In this document: in pieces, positions 1-9,287 of the stretch | Position numbering within the stretch: the stretch's first letter is position 1 | Layout: every line of letters begins with the position of its first letter | NCBI GenBank assembly: GCA_039588295.1 | Contig: JBDHAB010000030.1 | Coordinates: forward strand, 1-38,328 | Direction: 5' to 3' | DNA length: 38,328 nucleotides | Origin: Gemmatimonadota bacterium | GTDB taxonomy: Bacteria > Gemmatimonadota > Gemmatimonadetes > Gemmatimonadales > GWC2-71-9 | Translations under genes and position numbers: made by a program | The notes under the pieces: model-generated | Databases searched by the model: none | The model's input: only the letters and a program-made list of their open reading frames with translations | Told to the model about the DNA's origin: nothing

Positions 1-1338
1 CAACACGTACACGCGGATCTTTCGGGGAAACGCGCCGTAGACTCTCGGGTGCGGAACCCCACGATCCATCGGCACCAGGTCGCCGTCGGAGGACGTCATC
101 ATCCACGGCTGCCGCATGAGGTGCTCGACGTCCTGGTCGTCCATGTTGAACGACACGATGCCCGCACTCCCGGCGTTGATGATGTCGATCGCGAGGTCCA
201 CCGGGTGCAGCCCGCGTTCGTCGGCAACCGCGGCCAGCGTGCGTCCCTCGATCGACGGGTCCGCCTCGTGGTAGCGGAATTGAATCCGGTGCGCGCCTCC
301 ACGTCGGTCCAGGTTCTCCACGATCGCCCTGCGCACCTCCGCGCGCCGGTCTCGGTCGGTGAGCCTGGCCATCAACGAGTCGTGGCCTCCGGCCTGTGCC
401 CACCTCGGTATGAGGGCTGACGTGAGTCCGGTCGCGGACGCCGTGTACGCATACTGGTCCGCGAAGACCGCGAGTCCTTCGGCTCGGGCCCGCTCGATGC
501 GCTTCGCCAATGCGGCTCCGTAGCCCCACACGCGTGGCCCGAGTGCTTTGAGATGCGTCGCCACAGCGGGCATCTTCGCCTCACGGGAGATGTGGATCAC
601 CTCGTCGAGGGCCGCGACGACTCCAACCGTATAGTCCGCCTCGTCCCGGATGTGGCTGGTGTACACGCCACCGTGCGCGGCTGCCACGCGTGCCATCGCG
701 AGCAATTCCTCGGTGGTCGAGTAACTGCCGGGAGCGTAGTACGGACCGGTCGAGAGGCCGAATGCGCCCGCCTCCATTCCCGTTCGGACCAACGCCTGCA
801 TGCGCTCGAGTTCCCCGTCGGTGGGGGCACGATCCTCCATACCCAAGACTTCCCGCCGGATCGAACCGTGGGGGACGAGCTGCGCGGCATTCACGCCGAT
901 TCCGTGCTGCTGGAGCACCTCGCGCTGCCGCACGAGATCGACGGGCCCACCTCCATCCGGATTCAGTAGCGCTGTGGTGATTCCCTGAGCCAACAGCGGC
1001 TGGGCGTGGCTCAGCTCGGCGCGCACTAACCCACGCCCGGCATGCGTATGGACGTCGATGAACCCTGGAGCCACATAGAGACCCGACGCATCAATGACCC
1101 GGCCCGCGCGCGCATGCTCGAGATTACCAACCGCGACGATGCGATCACCGCGGACGGCCACGTCCGCGTAGTACCACGGGTTGCCGGTGCCATCCAGTAG
1201 GCGCCCGTTGGTGATGAGGAGGTCGTACGGCTCTTGTCCACGTAGCGTGCGGACAGGGGAGAGCAAGCACACGGACAGGGCCGCCAGGGCGCTGGCGGCG
1301 GCAAAGCCTCGCCGACAAAGATCGATCTGCCTGCTCAT
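1..1338 (-). CDS. N-acyl-D-amino-acid deacylase / amidohydrolase family protein (3' end runs off window)
   Basis: Absent from the ORF track (no stop in window). Manual translation from ATG at 1338 (GGAG upstream): MSRQIDLCRRGFAAASALAALSVCLL...YDLLITNGRLLDGTGNPWYYADVAVRGDRI...PGFIDVHTH...HPRVYGAFPR. HxH metal motif intact; RRGF plus hydrophobic stretch suggests a Tat-like signal. Confidence 0.9.
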   Translation of the reverse strand, partial: MSRQIDLCRRGFAAASALAALSVCLLSPVRTLRGQEPYDLLITNGRLLDGTGNPWYYADVAVRGDRIVAVGNLEHARAGRVIDASGLYVAPGFIDVHTHAGRGLVRAELSHAQPLLAQGITTALLNPDGGGPVDLVRQREVLQQHGIGVNAAQLVPHGSIRREVLGMEDRAPTDGELERMQALVRTGMEAGAFGLSTGPYYAPGSYSTTEELLAMARVAAAHGGVYTSHIRDEADYTVGVVAALDEVIHISREAKMPAVATHLKALGPRVWGYGAALAKRIERARAEGLAVFADQYAYTASATGLTSALIPRWAQAGGHDSLMARLTDRDRRAEVRRAIVENLDRRGGAHRIQFRYHEADPSIEGRTLAAVADERGLHPVDLAIDIINAGSAGIVSFNMDDQDVEHLMRQPWMMTSSDGDLVPMDRGVPHPRVYGAFPRKIRVYVL

Positions 1339-1361
1339 CGCGTTGTCTCCATTCCTGGCAA

Positions 1362-2789
1362 TCATCGCTCGGTCTGCGGCGGACGTCGAATCGCTCGTCC
1401 CGGCGTCGCCCGCGATACGAACTCACCATCGTTCAATACCAGCGTGCCGTTCACGACCACGTATTTGACCCCTTCGGAGTACTGCGCGGAGTTCACGTAG
1501 GTCGCACGATCGATAATCGTGTTCGGATCGAACACCGTGATATCGGCGTACGTATCAGGCGCGAGGCGACCGCGCTCCCGCATCGAGGGTGTGCTCCGTT
1601 CGAGCCGCTCGGCCGGCATGATGGTCATCTTGCGCAGGGCTTCCATGAGCGTGAGGTGACCTTCGTCCCGGGCGAGTCGTCCGAGAACATGGGCGAACGT
1701 GCCCGCGCCACGTGGGTGGCCCTTGCCATTCACGATCACCCCGTCGCTGGTGATCATGACGAACGGATGGGTGAGCGCCATCAACATTTCGTTCTTGGGA
1801 ATGAAGAACGTGACGATGGTAGCACCCTTGTCCCGCCAGTGCGCGAACGTTTCTGCGTTCAGTCGCTCGCCCGTTTCGACCAGCATGATCGAGTCGACCG
1901 TGACTCCGCCGAAGCGCTCCTCCCAGCCGGGGTCGTAGAGCGCCGACTCGAGTCGCGTGCTGTTGGCGAGGTAGGGGTGAATGTCGGCTGTGACGTCGAT
2001 GCCATTCCGCTGAGCGCCCGCGATCATCTCGAGGCTCGCATCCACAGAACCGATGGCCGACGACGCGAGATGGACGATCTGCGCACTCGCTCCCGTGATC
2101 GCCGCCGCCGCGATCACCTCCTGTACCGACTGTACGATGGTTTCTGGGAACACGGAGCCTTTGTATCGTGAGTGGACGTGTGCTGGGACTCCGTGGTCGG
2201 CGGCCACCTGGAACATGTCGACGATCTCCTCATAGGAGGCGCCCGGCGTGTAGTTGATGCCGAAGCCGATCCCGAGGGCGCCAGCCTCGATTGCCTGGGC
2301 GGCGATCCGCTTCATCCGGCCCCGCTCCTCACGCGTGGCTGGTGTGTAGAGATCCGTCGCTCCCGCAGCCTCTCGTACGTCGGGATGGCCGACGGTGGTG
2401 CCGTAGTTCAAGAGCGCGCCCTGCGCCTCGAATTGGCGGTACCACTCGTCGATCTCGACCGGCCCGCCGTGCATGGAGACGACGGTGGTGACCCCGTCTT
2501 TGATCTTGTACCGCTGTGGCTCGTGTGACGGCCGCATGCGGGCCAGGATGTCCACAAATCCCGGAGCCACCACGAGGCCCGAGGCATCGATCGTGCGTGC
2601 CGCCTGAATGGGATCTCTGGTGATCGCCACGATCCGGTCACCACGCACCAGGACGTTGCGAACCCCATCGAGACCGCTCGCCGGATCCATCACCCGCCCG
2701 CCGACGATCGCAATGTCACCGACCTCCTGTGCCGTGAGCGCCGACGCCATGATGCATGGCACGATCAGCGCCCAGCGAAGTGTTCTCAT
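1362..2789 (-). CDS. Amidohydrolase family protein (D-aminoacylase-like), secreted
   Basis: Signal peptide; GGRVMDPASGLD..GDRI, APGFVD, DGVTT, SDG..HPRGAGTF, KMT..PA, ADITVFDP, VVVNG. The HxH position reads ILAR. Confidence 0.85.
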   Translation of the reverse strand: MRTLRWALIVPCIMASALTAQEVGDIAIVGGRVMDPASGLDGVRNVLVRGDRIVAITRDPIQAARTIDASGLVVAPGFVDILARMRPSHEPQRYKIKDGVTTVVSMHGGPVEIDEWYRQFEAQGALLNYGTTVGHPDVREAAGATDLYTPATREERGRMKRIAAQAIEAGALGIGFGINYTPGASYEEIVDMFQVAADHGVPAHVHSRYKGSVFPETIVQSVQEVIAAAAITGASAQIVHLASSAIGSVDASLEMIAGAQRNGIDVTADIHPYLANSTRLESALYDPGWEERFGGVTVDSIMLVETGERLNAETFAHWRDKGATIVTFFIPKNEMLMALTHPFVMITSDGVIVNGKGHPRGAGTFAHVLGRLARDEGHLTLMEALRKMTIMPAERLERSTPSMRERGRLAPDTYADITVFDPNTIIDRATYVNSAQYSEGVKYVVVNGTLVLNDGEFVSRATPGRAIRRPPQTER

Positions 2790-2836
2790 CGCCTGCCTCC
2801 GACTCGTTGGCCTGATGCCTGAGGGTGTTCTGCTTC

Positions 2837-2892
2837 CTTCTTTCTTCTCCCTTCTCCCTTCTCCCTTTTCCCTTGTCGCTTGTCGCCTGTCC
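2837..2892. repeat. Heptamer tandem array (CTTCTCC drifting to CTTGTCG)
   Basis: Eight in-register units: cttcttt cttctcc cttctcc cttctcc cttttcc cttgtcg cttgtcg cctgtcc. Confidence 0.85.
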
Positions 2893-2900
2893 CTCCCTGT

Positions 2901-3953
2901 TCACCTCACCGCCCGATCCGGCCTCAAGTGGCGCGCCAGAAACTGCCAGATCTCCCGGCGCGACTGTTTGGCCAACTGGTTGTCGAGCCGGTTGAAGCTG
3001 TGACCACCAGGCGCGTCCTCGTAGATCTTGTACTCGAAGCCCGACTTCCCCTCGGCCTTGAGCGCTTGAATGAGGCGCTCCACCTCGAGCACGTTGACGT
3101 CTCCGTCGTTCGTGTTCGTGTGAATGAGGAGCGGTGTCCCTTGGTACTTGTGGGTGTTCCACGAGGGAGACCGTCGCCGATACTCTTCCACATCCTCATA
3201 CGCGGTCTTGCCGATGTGGTACTCGGCGGAGTAGAGATCGCGGTACCCCTGGGTCTTGTAGCCCATGCGGGCGATGAGGTCACTCACCGGCACGCCGGCG
3301 TACGCCACCGCATAGGCGTCGGGGTGCTCGAAGATATTCATCAGTGCGTGCAGGCCCCCGTGGCTCCAGCCGATGATGCCCACTCGGTCTTGGTCGAGAA
3401 AATCGTAGTTCTCCAGCATGAAGTTGCGTGCGGCGTACGTGTCCTCGATTTCCAGGCCGCCGTAGTCGATGGCGCGGTAGGTCCCGCCGCCGTACCCGGT
3501 ACTGCCCCGGTACTCGGGCGCCACGACCGTGTAGCCCTGTGTCAGCAGCTCGCGCAGAATGTGGGTGTAGTACGTGGTGAAGTTGCTGTGGACCCCGCCG
3601 TGCGGGAACACAATGAGCGGCTGGCTCCTGCCGCGGTCCAGATCCTTCGGAATGAACACATAGGAGTAGAACCTGTAGGGGTTGCCGGCGCCCTGTGCGG
3701 TAGGGTTCGGCTCATACCGCAGCGCGGGGCCCGTGAGACGGACAATGTCGATCTCGGCGACGTCCCCCAAGCGGTGGAAAAACATGACGTCGTCGATGCG
3801 GCGGTTGATGGCGTCGACTTGGTGGCGGAGGCTCTCGATATGCCGTTCCAGCGTACGCTGGACGTTCTCGATGGATGCCTCGTCCTGACCGTGGGCCACC
3901 GAGGCTGTGAGGACGAGTGCCAGTGCTGGCACGAGAACTCGTGATCGCTTCAT
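2901..3953 (-). CDS. S9 family (prolyl oligopeptidase-like) alpha/beta-hydrolase, secreted
   Basis: Start moved to ATG 3953 (GGAGG upstream; MKRSRVLVPALALVL signal). Motifs HGGVH, EYRGSTGYG, GWSHGG nucleophile elbow, downstream Asp (NDGDV) and His (GGHSF). Confidence 0.9.
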   Translation of the reverse strand: MKRSRVLVPALALVLTASVAHGQDEASIENVQRTLERHIESLRHQVDAINRRIDDVMFFHRLGDVAEIDIVRLTGPALRYEPNPTAQGAGNPYRFYSYVFIPKDLDRGRSQPLIVFPHGGVHSNFTTYYTHILRELLTQGYTVVAPEYRGSTGYGGGTYRAIDYGGLEIEDTYAARNFMLENYDFLDQDRVGIIGWSHGGLHALMNIFEHPDAYAVAYAGVPVSDLIARMGYKTQGYRDLYSAEYHIGKTAYEDVEEYRRRSPSWNTHKYQGTPLLIHTNTNDGDVNVLEVERLIQALKAEGKSGFEYKIYEDAPGGHSFNRLDNQLAKQSRREIWQFLARHLRPDRAVR

Positions 3954-4138
3954 GGATTCCTCCTGCTCGCTGCCGATGGGGCGAATGGTGTGCGGCACCG
4001 CACGGAGACCCCCGAGTGATGGTGTTCGCCGTGTGCAGCCGTTGCACCGGACCGACGGTCCGATCGAGTTCCGTTCCCTGTCACAGGCCGTGTGCAAGTT
4101 CACTCAGCGGCTGTGCGCTGGTTCGCCGCACAGCCGAT

Positions 4139-4308
4139 ACGCTGCCGTGGACGTCGGAAACGATGTCTCGCACCGTTTGGTGTCGCACCTCGAAGAGAGG
4201 CTCCCGGGAGGGGCGGAGCCCTGACTACGCGAGCACGCGCGCGGTTGCGTGCCGCTCATTTGCCGCTGCGGCTTCGCGGCCGAGGAGGTCGAAGCGTTAC
4301 CGCAACGT
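4139..4308 (-). ncRNA. Candidate structured non-coding RNA (~170 nt), family unassigned
   Basis: Directly downstream of a TTGACA-17-AATAAT promoter. Ends pair (ACGUUGC/GCAGCGU), further nested pairings inside, followed by a perfect 10-bp hairpin at 4108-4136. Not matched to a known family. Confidence 0.3.
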
Positions 4309-4312
4309 GTCG

Positions 4313-4341
4313 ATTATTCGAGCCGTTTGAGCGTGTGTCAA
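4313..4341 (-). promoter_or_regulatory. Putative sigma70 promoter
   Basis: Minus strand TTGACA (4341-4336), 17-bp spacer, AATAAT (4318-4313). Confidence 0.55.
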
Positions 4342-4485
4342 GAGCCTCCGGGCGTCGGTTGTCCTCATTCGCCGACTGACTCCGTCCGAGTCCTTGGCGC
4401 TTGCCACGGGGCTCGCAGGGCCCTAGGTTCGCCTTTCCTGCGCCGCCCTGATCCCCAACCGAGTCACCCTGTGAGGTGTCCCATA

Positions 4486-5505
4486 TTGCAACCCGCGCGT
4501 CGCAAGCTCCAGCCATTCGACGAGCCGCCCATGGTCGCGCCGTTTGCCGAAGCGGGTCTGGAACCCCGGGAAATCTTGGAGTTCGCTACGGCAGCGGCGC
4601 TCGGATTGACCGACACGCCACGCTGGCTCCCCTGCCAGTATCTCTACGATGCGGAGGGCAGCCGCCTGTTCGACGAGATCACCGGCCAGCCAGAGTACTA
4701 CCCGACTCGCACCGAGGCATCGATCCTCGAGCATGCGGCCCTGGCAATCCGCGACGTCACGGGTCCCGTCACGCTGATCGAGTTGGGTTCCGGGAGTTCG
4801 ACCAAGACCGGGCACCTGCTCGAGGCGTACACCACCAGCGACGGAGCCGTGCGATACGTTCCGGTGGACGTCAGCGAAGCGGCGATCCGTGAGGCCCGCG
4901 CGCGCCTCACGGAAGAGCACCCGGAAGTCGAGTTCGCGGGGCTCGTGGGACGATACGAGGAGTCGTTCCACCTCTTCCGGGAGCACGCACCGGCCATGGT
5001 GCTGTTTCTCGGATCGACCGTCGGCAACTTCAACTTCGGCGAGTCGCTGCGGTTTTGGCGCCACGTGGCCCGGAGTCTCTCGGATGGTGACTACTTCCTG
5101 CTCGGCGTGGACCTCGTCAAAGATCGAGACGTGCTCGAGGCGGCGTACAACGATGCAGCCGGCGTCACTGCTCGGTTCACCAAGAACCTGTTCGTCCGCA
5201 TGAATCGCGAGCTGGATGCCGGAATCGATGTCGATCAGCTGGAGCATGTCGCGCGCTATAACGAGAAGTGGCAACGCATCGAGATCTTCGCGCGGTTCCT
5301 CTCACCCCAGACCGTGCGGATCGCGCCGCTCAAGGCCAGTGTGAACATTGGGGGCGGTGAGATGGTGATGACGGAGATCTCACGCAAGTTCGTGCTTCAG
5401 CACCTCGAGACGCATCTCTCGATGTTCGGTCTCAACCTGCGTGCCATCTTCACCGACGAGCGCCGCTGGTTTGGCGTGCTGCTGTTGCAGAAGCGCATGG
5501 GATAG
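4486..5505 (+). CDS. egtD: L-histidine N-alpha-methyltransferase
   Basis: LPCQYLYDAEGSRLFDEIT..PEYYPTRTE, IELGSGSSTKT, YVPVDVS, FLGSTVGN, GVDLVKD..LEAAYNDAAGVTARF, TEISRKF. Start taken as TTG 4486 (GAGGTG upstream); ATG 4531 is an alternative. Confidence 0.9.
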   Translation: MQPARRKLQPFDEPPMVAPFAEAGLEPREILEFATAAALGLTDTPRWLPCQYLYDAEGSRLFDEITGQPEYYPTRTEASILEHAALAIRDVTGPVTLIELGSGSSTKTGHLLEAYTTSDGAVRYVPVDVSEAAIREARARLTEEHPEVEFAGLVGRYEESFHLFREHAPAMVLFLGSTVGNFNFGESLRFWRHVARSLSDGDYFLLGVDLVKDRDVLEAAYNDAAGVTARFTKNLFVRMNRELDAGIDVDQLEHVARYNEKWQRIEIFARFLSPQTVRIAPLKASVNIGGGEMVMTEISRKFVLQHLETHLSMFGLNLRAIFTDERRWFGVLLLQKRMG

Positions 5506-5735
5506 GGGTAGGGATGGGCGGCCAACGGCCCGCCCACGATCACGTTTGCCGAGGGCCGCTTCCAGTTGATCGTCAGCGGTTCAGTCACCGCGACGGGCCA
5601 CAGCTCGAGCGCTTCAACCCGATCGCGGAACGTCCCCACGTTCCTCCACGGTGCGCCTCTGGCGGCGCCGTTGACCCGGCGATAACATCCCGCGTCCCCT
5701 CCCACACCACGTTTCTGCATTCGGAGTGGTCCATC

Positions 5736-8700
5736 ATGCTTCGCAATCGTTGGTTTCCGTGGTCGCCGGTCGTTGTCTCGGGGATCGTGGCCGTCGTGGT
5801 CACACTCGGCACTGCCGCACCCGCTATGGCGCAGTACGACTCGACACTGTACAACGCGCTCCGCTGGAGCAACGTGGGGCCCAACCGGGGCGGCCGTTCG
5901 ACGGCAGTCGCCGGCAGCGACGCTCGACCGCTGGAGTATTACTTTGGGGCCACCGGTGGTGGTCTGTGGAAGACCACGGATGCGGGTCAGACGTGGCGCC
6001 CAGTGACCGACGGACAGGTGCACAGCGCGTCCGTGGGCGCCGTCCAAGTCTGCGAGGCCAACCCGGACATCGTGTACATCGGTATGGGCGAGACCCAACT
6101 GCGCGGCAACATCCAGCAGGGCGACGGCGTCTACAAGAGCATCGATGGCGGCAAGACCTGGCGTCACGTGGGACTGGCCGCGACTCAGAACATCTCACGT
6201 GTCCGGATTCATCCCACCGACTGCAACATGGTCTGGGTCGCGGCCTTCGGGGTGCATTCCGCCCCAAACACCGATCGCGGTGTCTTCAAGTCGAGCAACG
6301 GGGGCGAGTCGTGGCGCAACGTTCTGTACCGCGACGAGCGGACCGGCGCCGTCGACCTCACGCTCGATCCCGGCAATCCGGCGGTGATGTATGCGAGCCT
6401 GTGGGAGGCATGGCGGAAGTCGTGGGGCATGTCGTCGGGCGGCCCGGGGAGCGGGCTCTTCAAGAGCGTTGACTACGGTGAGACGTGGACCGAGATCACG
6501 CGTAATCAGGGACTGCCGGAGACCGGTGTCGTGGGGAAGATTGGTGTGGCCGTGTCACCGGCAGCGCCGTGGCGCGTCTACGCGATCATCGAGCACGACG
6601 AGGGAGGGGTGTTCCGCTCGGATGACGGCGGGACCACGTGGATCCGCACCAACGAGGAACGACGGCTCCGGCAGCGGGCATTCTACTACACGCGGATCTA
6701 TGCGGACCCCACGGACGCGGACGTGGTCTATGCGCTCAATACCGGCCTGTATCGCTCGCGGGACGGTGGCGAGAGCTTTGGACGCATCTCGGTGCCGCAC
6801 GGGGACAACCACGACCTGTGGATCGCACCGACCGTCCCCGACCGGATGATCAACGCGAACGACGGCGGCGCCAACGTGTCGTTCAACGGGGGAGAAACCT
6901 GGACCGAGCAAGACTACCCCACTGCGCAGTTCTACCGCGTGTCGACGACCCACCATGAGCCCTACTTCATTTGCGGTGCCCAGCAGGACAATAGCACCGC
7001 GTGTATCCCGAGCAGGGGGTGGAACCACCTGGCACGCCAGGGCGGCGGCTCAGGCACCTTCTACTTCGCGCCCGGTGGCGGCGAGAGTGGGCACATCGCC
7101 AACAGCGCCGCGAATCCCAACATCTTCTTCGCCGGTTCCTACGGGGGGTACCTCTCGCGCTTCGACTACCAAACCGGGCAGCGACGGTCGGTCAACGTCT
7201 GGCCCGAGAACCCAATGGGGCAGTCGTCCGAGGGCATTGCCGAGCGCTTCCAGTGGAACTTCCCGATCGTGTTCTCTCATCACGATCCGAACGTGTTGTA
7301 CACGGGGTCGCAGCGGGTGTGGAAGACGGTCAACGAGGGTCAGAGTTGGGAGGCGATCAGTCCGGATCTCACCCGCCACGATCCGAGCACGATGGGTGCC
7401 TCGGGCGGACCGATCACCAAGGACCAAACGGGTGTCGAGACCTATGCCACGGTCTTCGCGATCGCGCCGTCGCACCACGACGCGAACGTCATCTGGGTCG
7501 GTTCGGACGACGGCTACGTGCACGTGACGCGAGATGGTGGAGCGAGTTGGCAGAATGTCACACCGCGCGACGCACCGGACTTCGTGCGGATCAACACCAT
7601 TGAAGCGTCACCCACGACACCGGGCAAGGCGTATGTGGCGGGCATTCGCTACCTCGTCGACAGCGACCGAAGCCCCTACGTGTGGAAGACTGAGGACTAC
7701 GGGTCCACGTGGACGAAGATCGTGAATGGGATTCCCGAGGACGACTTCGTGCGGGCCGTGCGCGAGGATCCCAAGCGACCCGGACTCCTGTTCGCCGGGT
7801 CGGAGCGAACCGTCTACGTCTCGTGGGATGACGGTGCCACCTGGCAGACACTCACGCTCAATCTCCCGATCGTGCAGGTGTCGGATCTGGCGGTCGAGGA
7901 GAACGACGTCATTCTTGCCACCCATGGCCGGTCGTTCTGGGTGCTCAACGGTATCGCGCCGCTCAGGCAACTGTCCCCTGACATCGCCCAGGCGACGGCA
8001 CATCTGTTCGATCCGGTCGATCCGGTGCGCGGCGTGGATTTCGGCGTGCAGGTCGTCTACTACCTCGAGAGCGACGTAGACTCACTCACCCTCGCGTTCC
8101 TGGATGCCGAGGGAATCATGATTCGAGAGTACACGGGCACGAAGGAAGACGGGGCGGGGCGCGAGGAAGGTCAAGAGCCGTCGTTCTTTGGTGGTGGTGG
8201 CCCGCAGCGTCCCTCGGTGGAGGCAGGGTCGCATTCCTTTGCGTGGAACATGCGGTATCCCGGCTATACCGATTTCGACGGGCGGATCTTCTGGGCCGCC
8301 GGCAACGCGGGGCCGCGGGCGGTGCCCGGGCGCTACCAGGTTCGGCTCACGACCGGCGACGTCGAGCAGACACAAGAGTTTGAGATCAAGCTCGATTCGC
8401 GCATCGAAGGGACGGTCGCGCGTTCGGACCTGCAGGAACGGTTCGAGCTGGCGCTCAGAATTCGTGATCGCGTCAGCGACGCGAATGAAGCCGTGATCTG
8501 GATACGTGATATCAAGCAGGCGATCGACGAGCGCCTGGAAGAGACGGACGAGCGAGGGATCAGCCGTCAGGCGGCTGCGGTCAAGGCTGCGTTGAGCGCG
8601 GTGGAGGAGGAGATCTACCAGGTTCGCAATCAGAGCAACCAGGATCCGCTCAATTTCCCGATCAAGTTGAACAACAAGATCGCGGCGCTCATGGGTGTGG

Positions 8701-8909
8701 TGGAGGGTGGCGAGAGTCGCCCGACGGAGCAATCGTATCGAGTGTTCGAGCATCTGGATTCGTTGCTCCAGCAGCAGCTGGATCGCCTGGAGGGGGTGGT
8801 GAGCACCGATCTGGCGCAGCTCAACCAGTTACTGGTTGGCGAGGGTCTCGAGGCGGTGGAGGTCGAGCGTCCCAATCGGGAGGAGCTGCAAGAACGGGGT
8901 GGTCAGTAG
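5736..8909 (+). CDS. Secreted BNR/Asp-box repeat (VPS10/sortilin-like beta-propeller) protein, glycosyl hydrolase-related
   Basis: Signal peptide from ATG 5736 (GGAG upstream); WSNVGPNRGGRS N-terminus, many S/T-x-D-x-G-x-T-W repeats, GAQQDN, ATHGRSFW, C-terminal coiled region. Confidence 0.88.
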   Translation: MLRNRWFPWSPVVVSGIVAVVVTLGTAAPAMAQYDSTLYNALRWSNVGPNRGGRSTAVAGSDARPLEYYFGATGGGLWKTTDAGQTWRPVTDGQVHSASVGAVQVCEANPDIVYIGMGETQLRGNIQQGDGVYKSIDGGKTWRHVGLAATQNISRVRIHPTDCNMVWVAAFGVHSAPNTDRGVFKSSNGGESWRNVLYRDERTGAVDLTLDPGNPAVMYASLWEAWRKSWGMSSGGPGSGLFKSVDYGETWTEITRNQGLPETGVVGKIGVAVSPAAPWRVYAIIEHDEGGVFRSDDGGTTWIRTNEERRLRQRAFYYTRIYADPTDADVVYALNTGLYRSRDGGESFGRISVPHGDNHDLWIAPTVPDRMINANDGGANVSFNGGETWTEQDYPTAQFYRVSTTHHEPYFICGAQQDNSTACIPSRGWNHLARQGGGSGTFYFAPGGGESGHIANSAANPNIFFAGSYGGYLSRFDYQTGQRRSVNVWPENPMGQSSEGIAERFQWNFPIVFSHHDPNVLYTGSQRVWKTVNEGQSWEAISPDLTRHDPSTMGASGGPITKDQTGVETYATVFAIAPSHHDANVIWVGSDDGYVHVTRDGGASWQNVTPRDAPDFVRINTIEASPTTPGKAYVAGIRYLVDSDRSPYVWKTEDYGSTWTKIVNGIPEDDFVRAVREDPKRPGLLFAGSERTVYVSWDDGATWQTLTLNLPIVQVSDLAVEENDVILATHGRSFWVLNGIAPLRQLSPDIAQATAHLFDPVDPVRGVDFGVQVVYYLESDVDSLTLAFLDAEGIMIREYTGTKEDGAGREEGQEPSFFGGGGPQRPSVEAGSHSFAWNMRYPGYTDFDGRIFWAAGNAGPRAVPGRYQVRLTTGDVEQTQEFEIKLDSRIEGTVARSDLQERFELALRIRDRVSDANEAVIWIRDIKQAIDERLEETDERGISRQAAAVKAALSAVEEEIYQVRNQSNQDPLNFPIKLNNKIAALMGVVEGGESRPTEQSYRVFEHLDSLLQQQLDRLEGVVSTDLAQLNQLLVGEGLEAVEVERPNREELQERGGQ

Positions 8910-8963
8910 GCGGAGCGGGCTCGAGGCGTTTGCAATCGCCACGAGGCTGGTTACCCTACAATT

Positions 8964-9287
8964 ATGACTGATCGCGAAGCAGGCATCACACGCGTCGACG
9001 TGCTCGACGACGACCGGATGTTCGAGGTTGTCGATGAGATGTTCCGTACGCAGATCAATCCGGCCGTCGCGCAACATGGTGGCCGAATCGACCTCGTCGA
9101 CGTCGAGAACGGTGTCGTGGTCGTTCGCATGATGGGTGGTTGCCAAGGATGCGGCATGGCGAACGTGACCTTGCGGCAGGGGATCGAAGCGTCGCTCCGC
9201 CGCACGGTCCCCGGATTCCAGAGTATTCGAGACATTACCGATCATGCCGCTGGAGCCAATCCGTACTATGCGGCATCGGGGAAATGA
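8964..9287 (+). CDS. NifU-domain (NfuA C-terminal-like) Fe-S carrier protein
   Basis: INPAVAQHGG..LVDV..MGGCQGCG..TLRQGIE..DITDH..G.NPYY. Confidence 0.88.
   Translation: MTDREAGITRVDVLDDDRMFEVVDEMFRTQINPAVAQHGGRIDLVDVENGVVVVRMMGGCQGCGMANVTLRQGIEASLRRTVPGFQSIRDITDHAAGANPYYAASGK

Noticed and set aside
1026..1304. Fragmented ORFs suggesting a frameshifted pseudogene at the left end
   Set aside because: These are off-frame readings; the start (1338) and the window-edge sequence translate in the same frame with intact motifs. The true ORF is missing from the track only because it has no stop in the window.
2880..3944. 354-aa plus-strand ORF
   Set aside because: Antisense shadow of the S9 hydrolase; no motifs; expected in GC-rich DNA.
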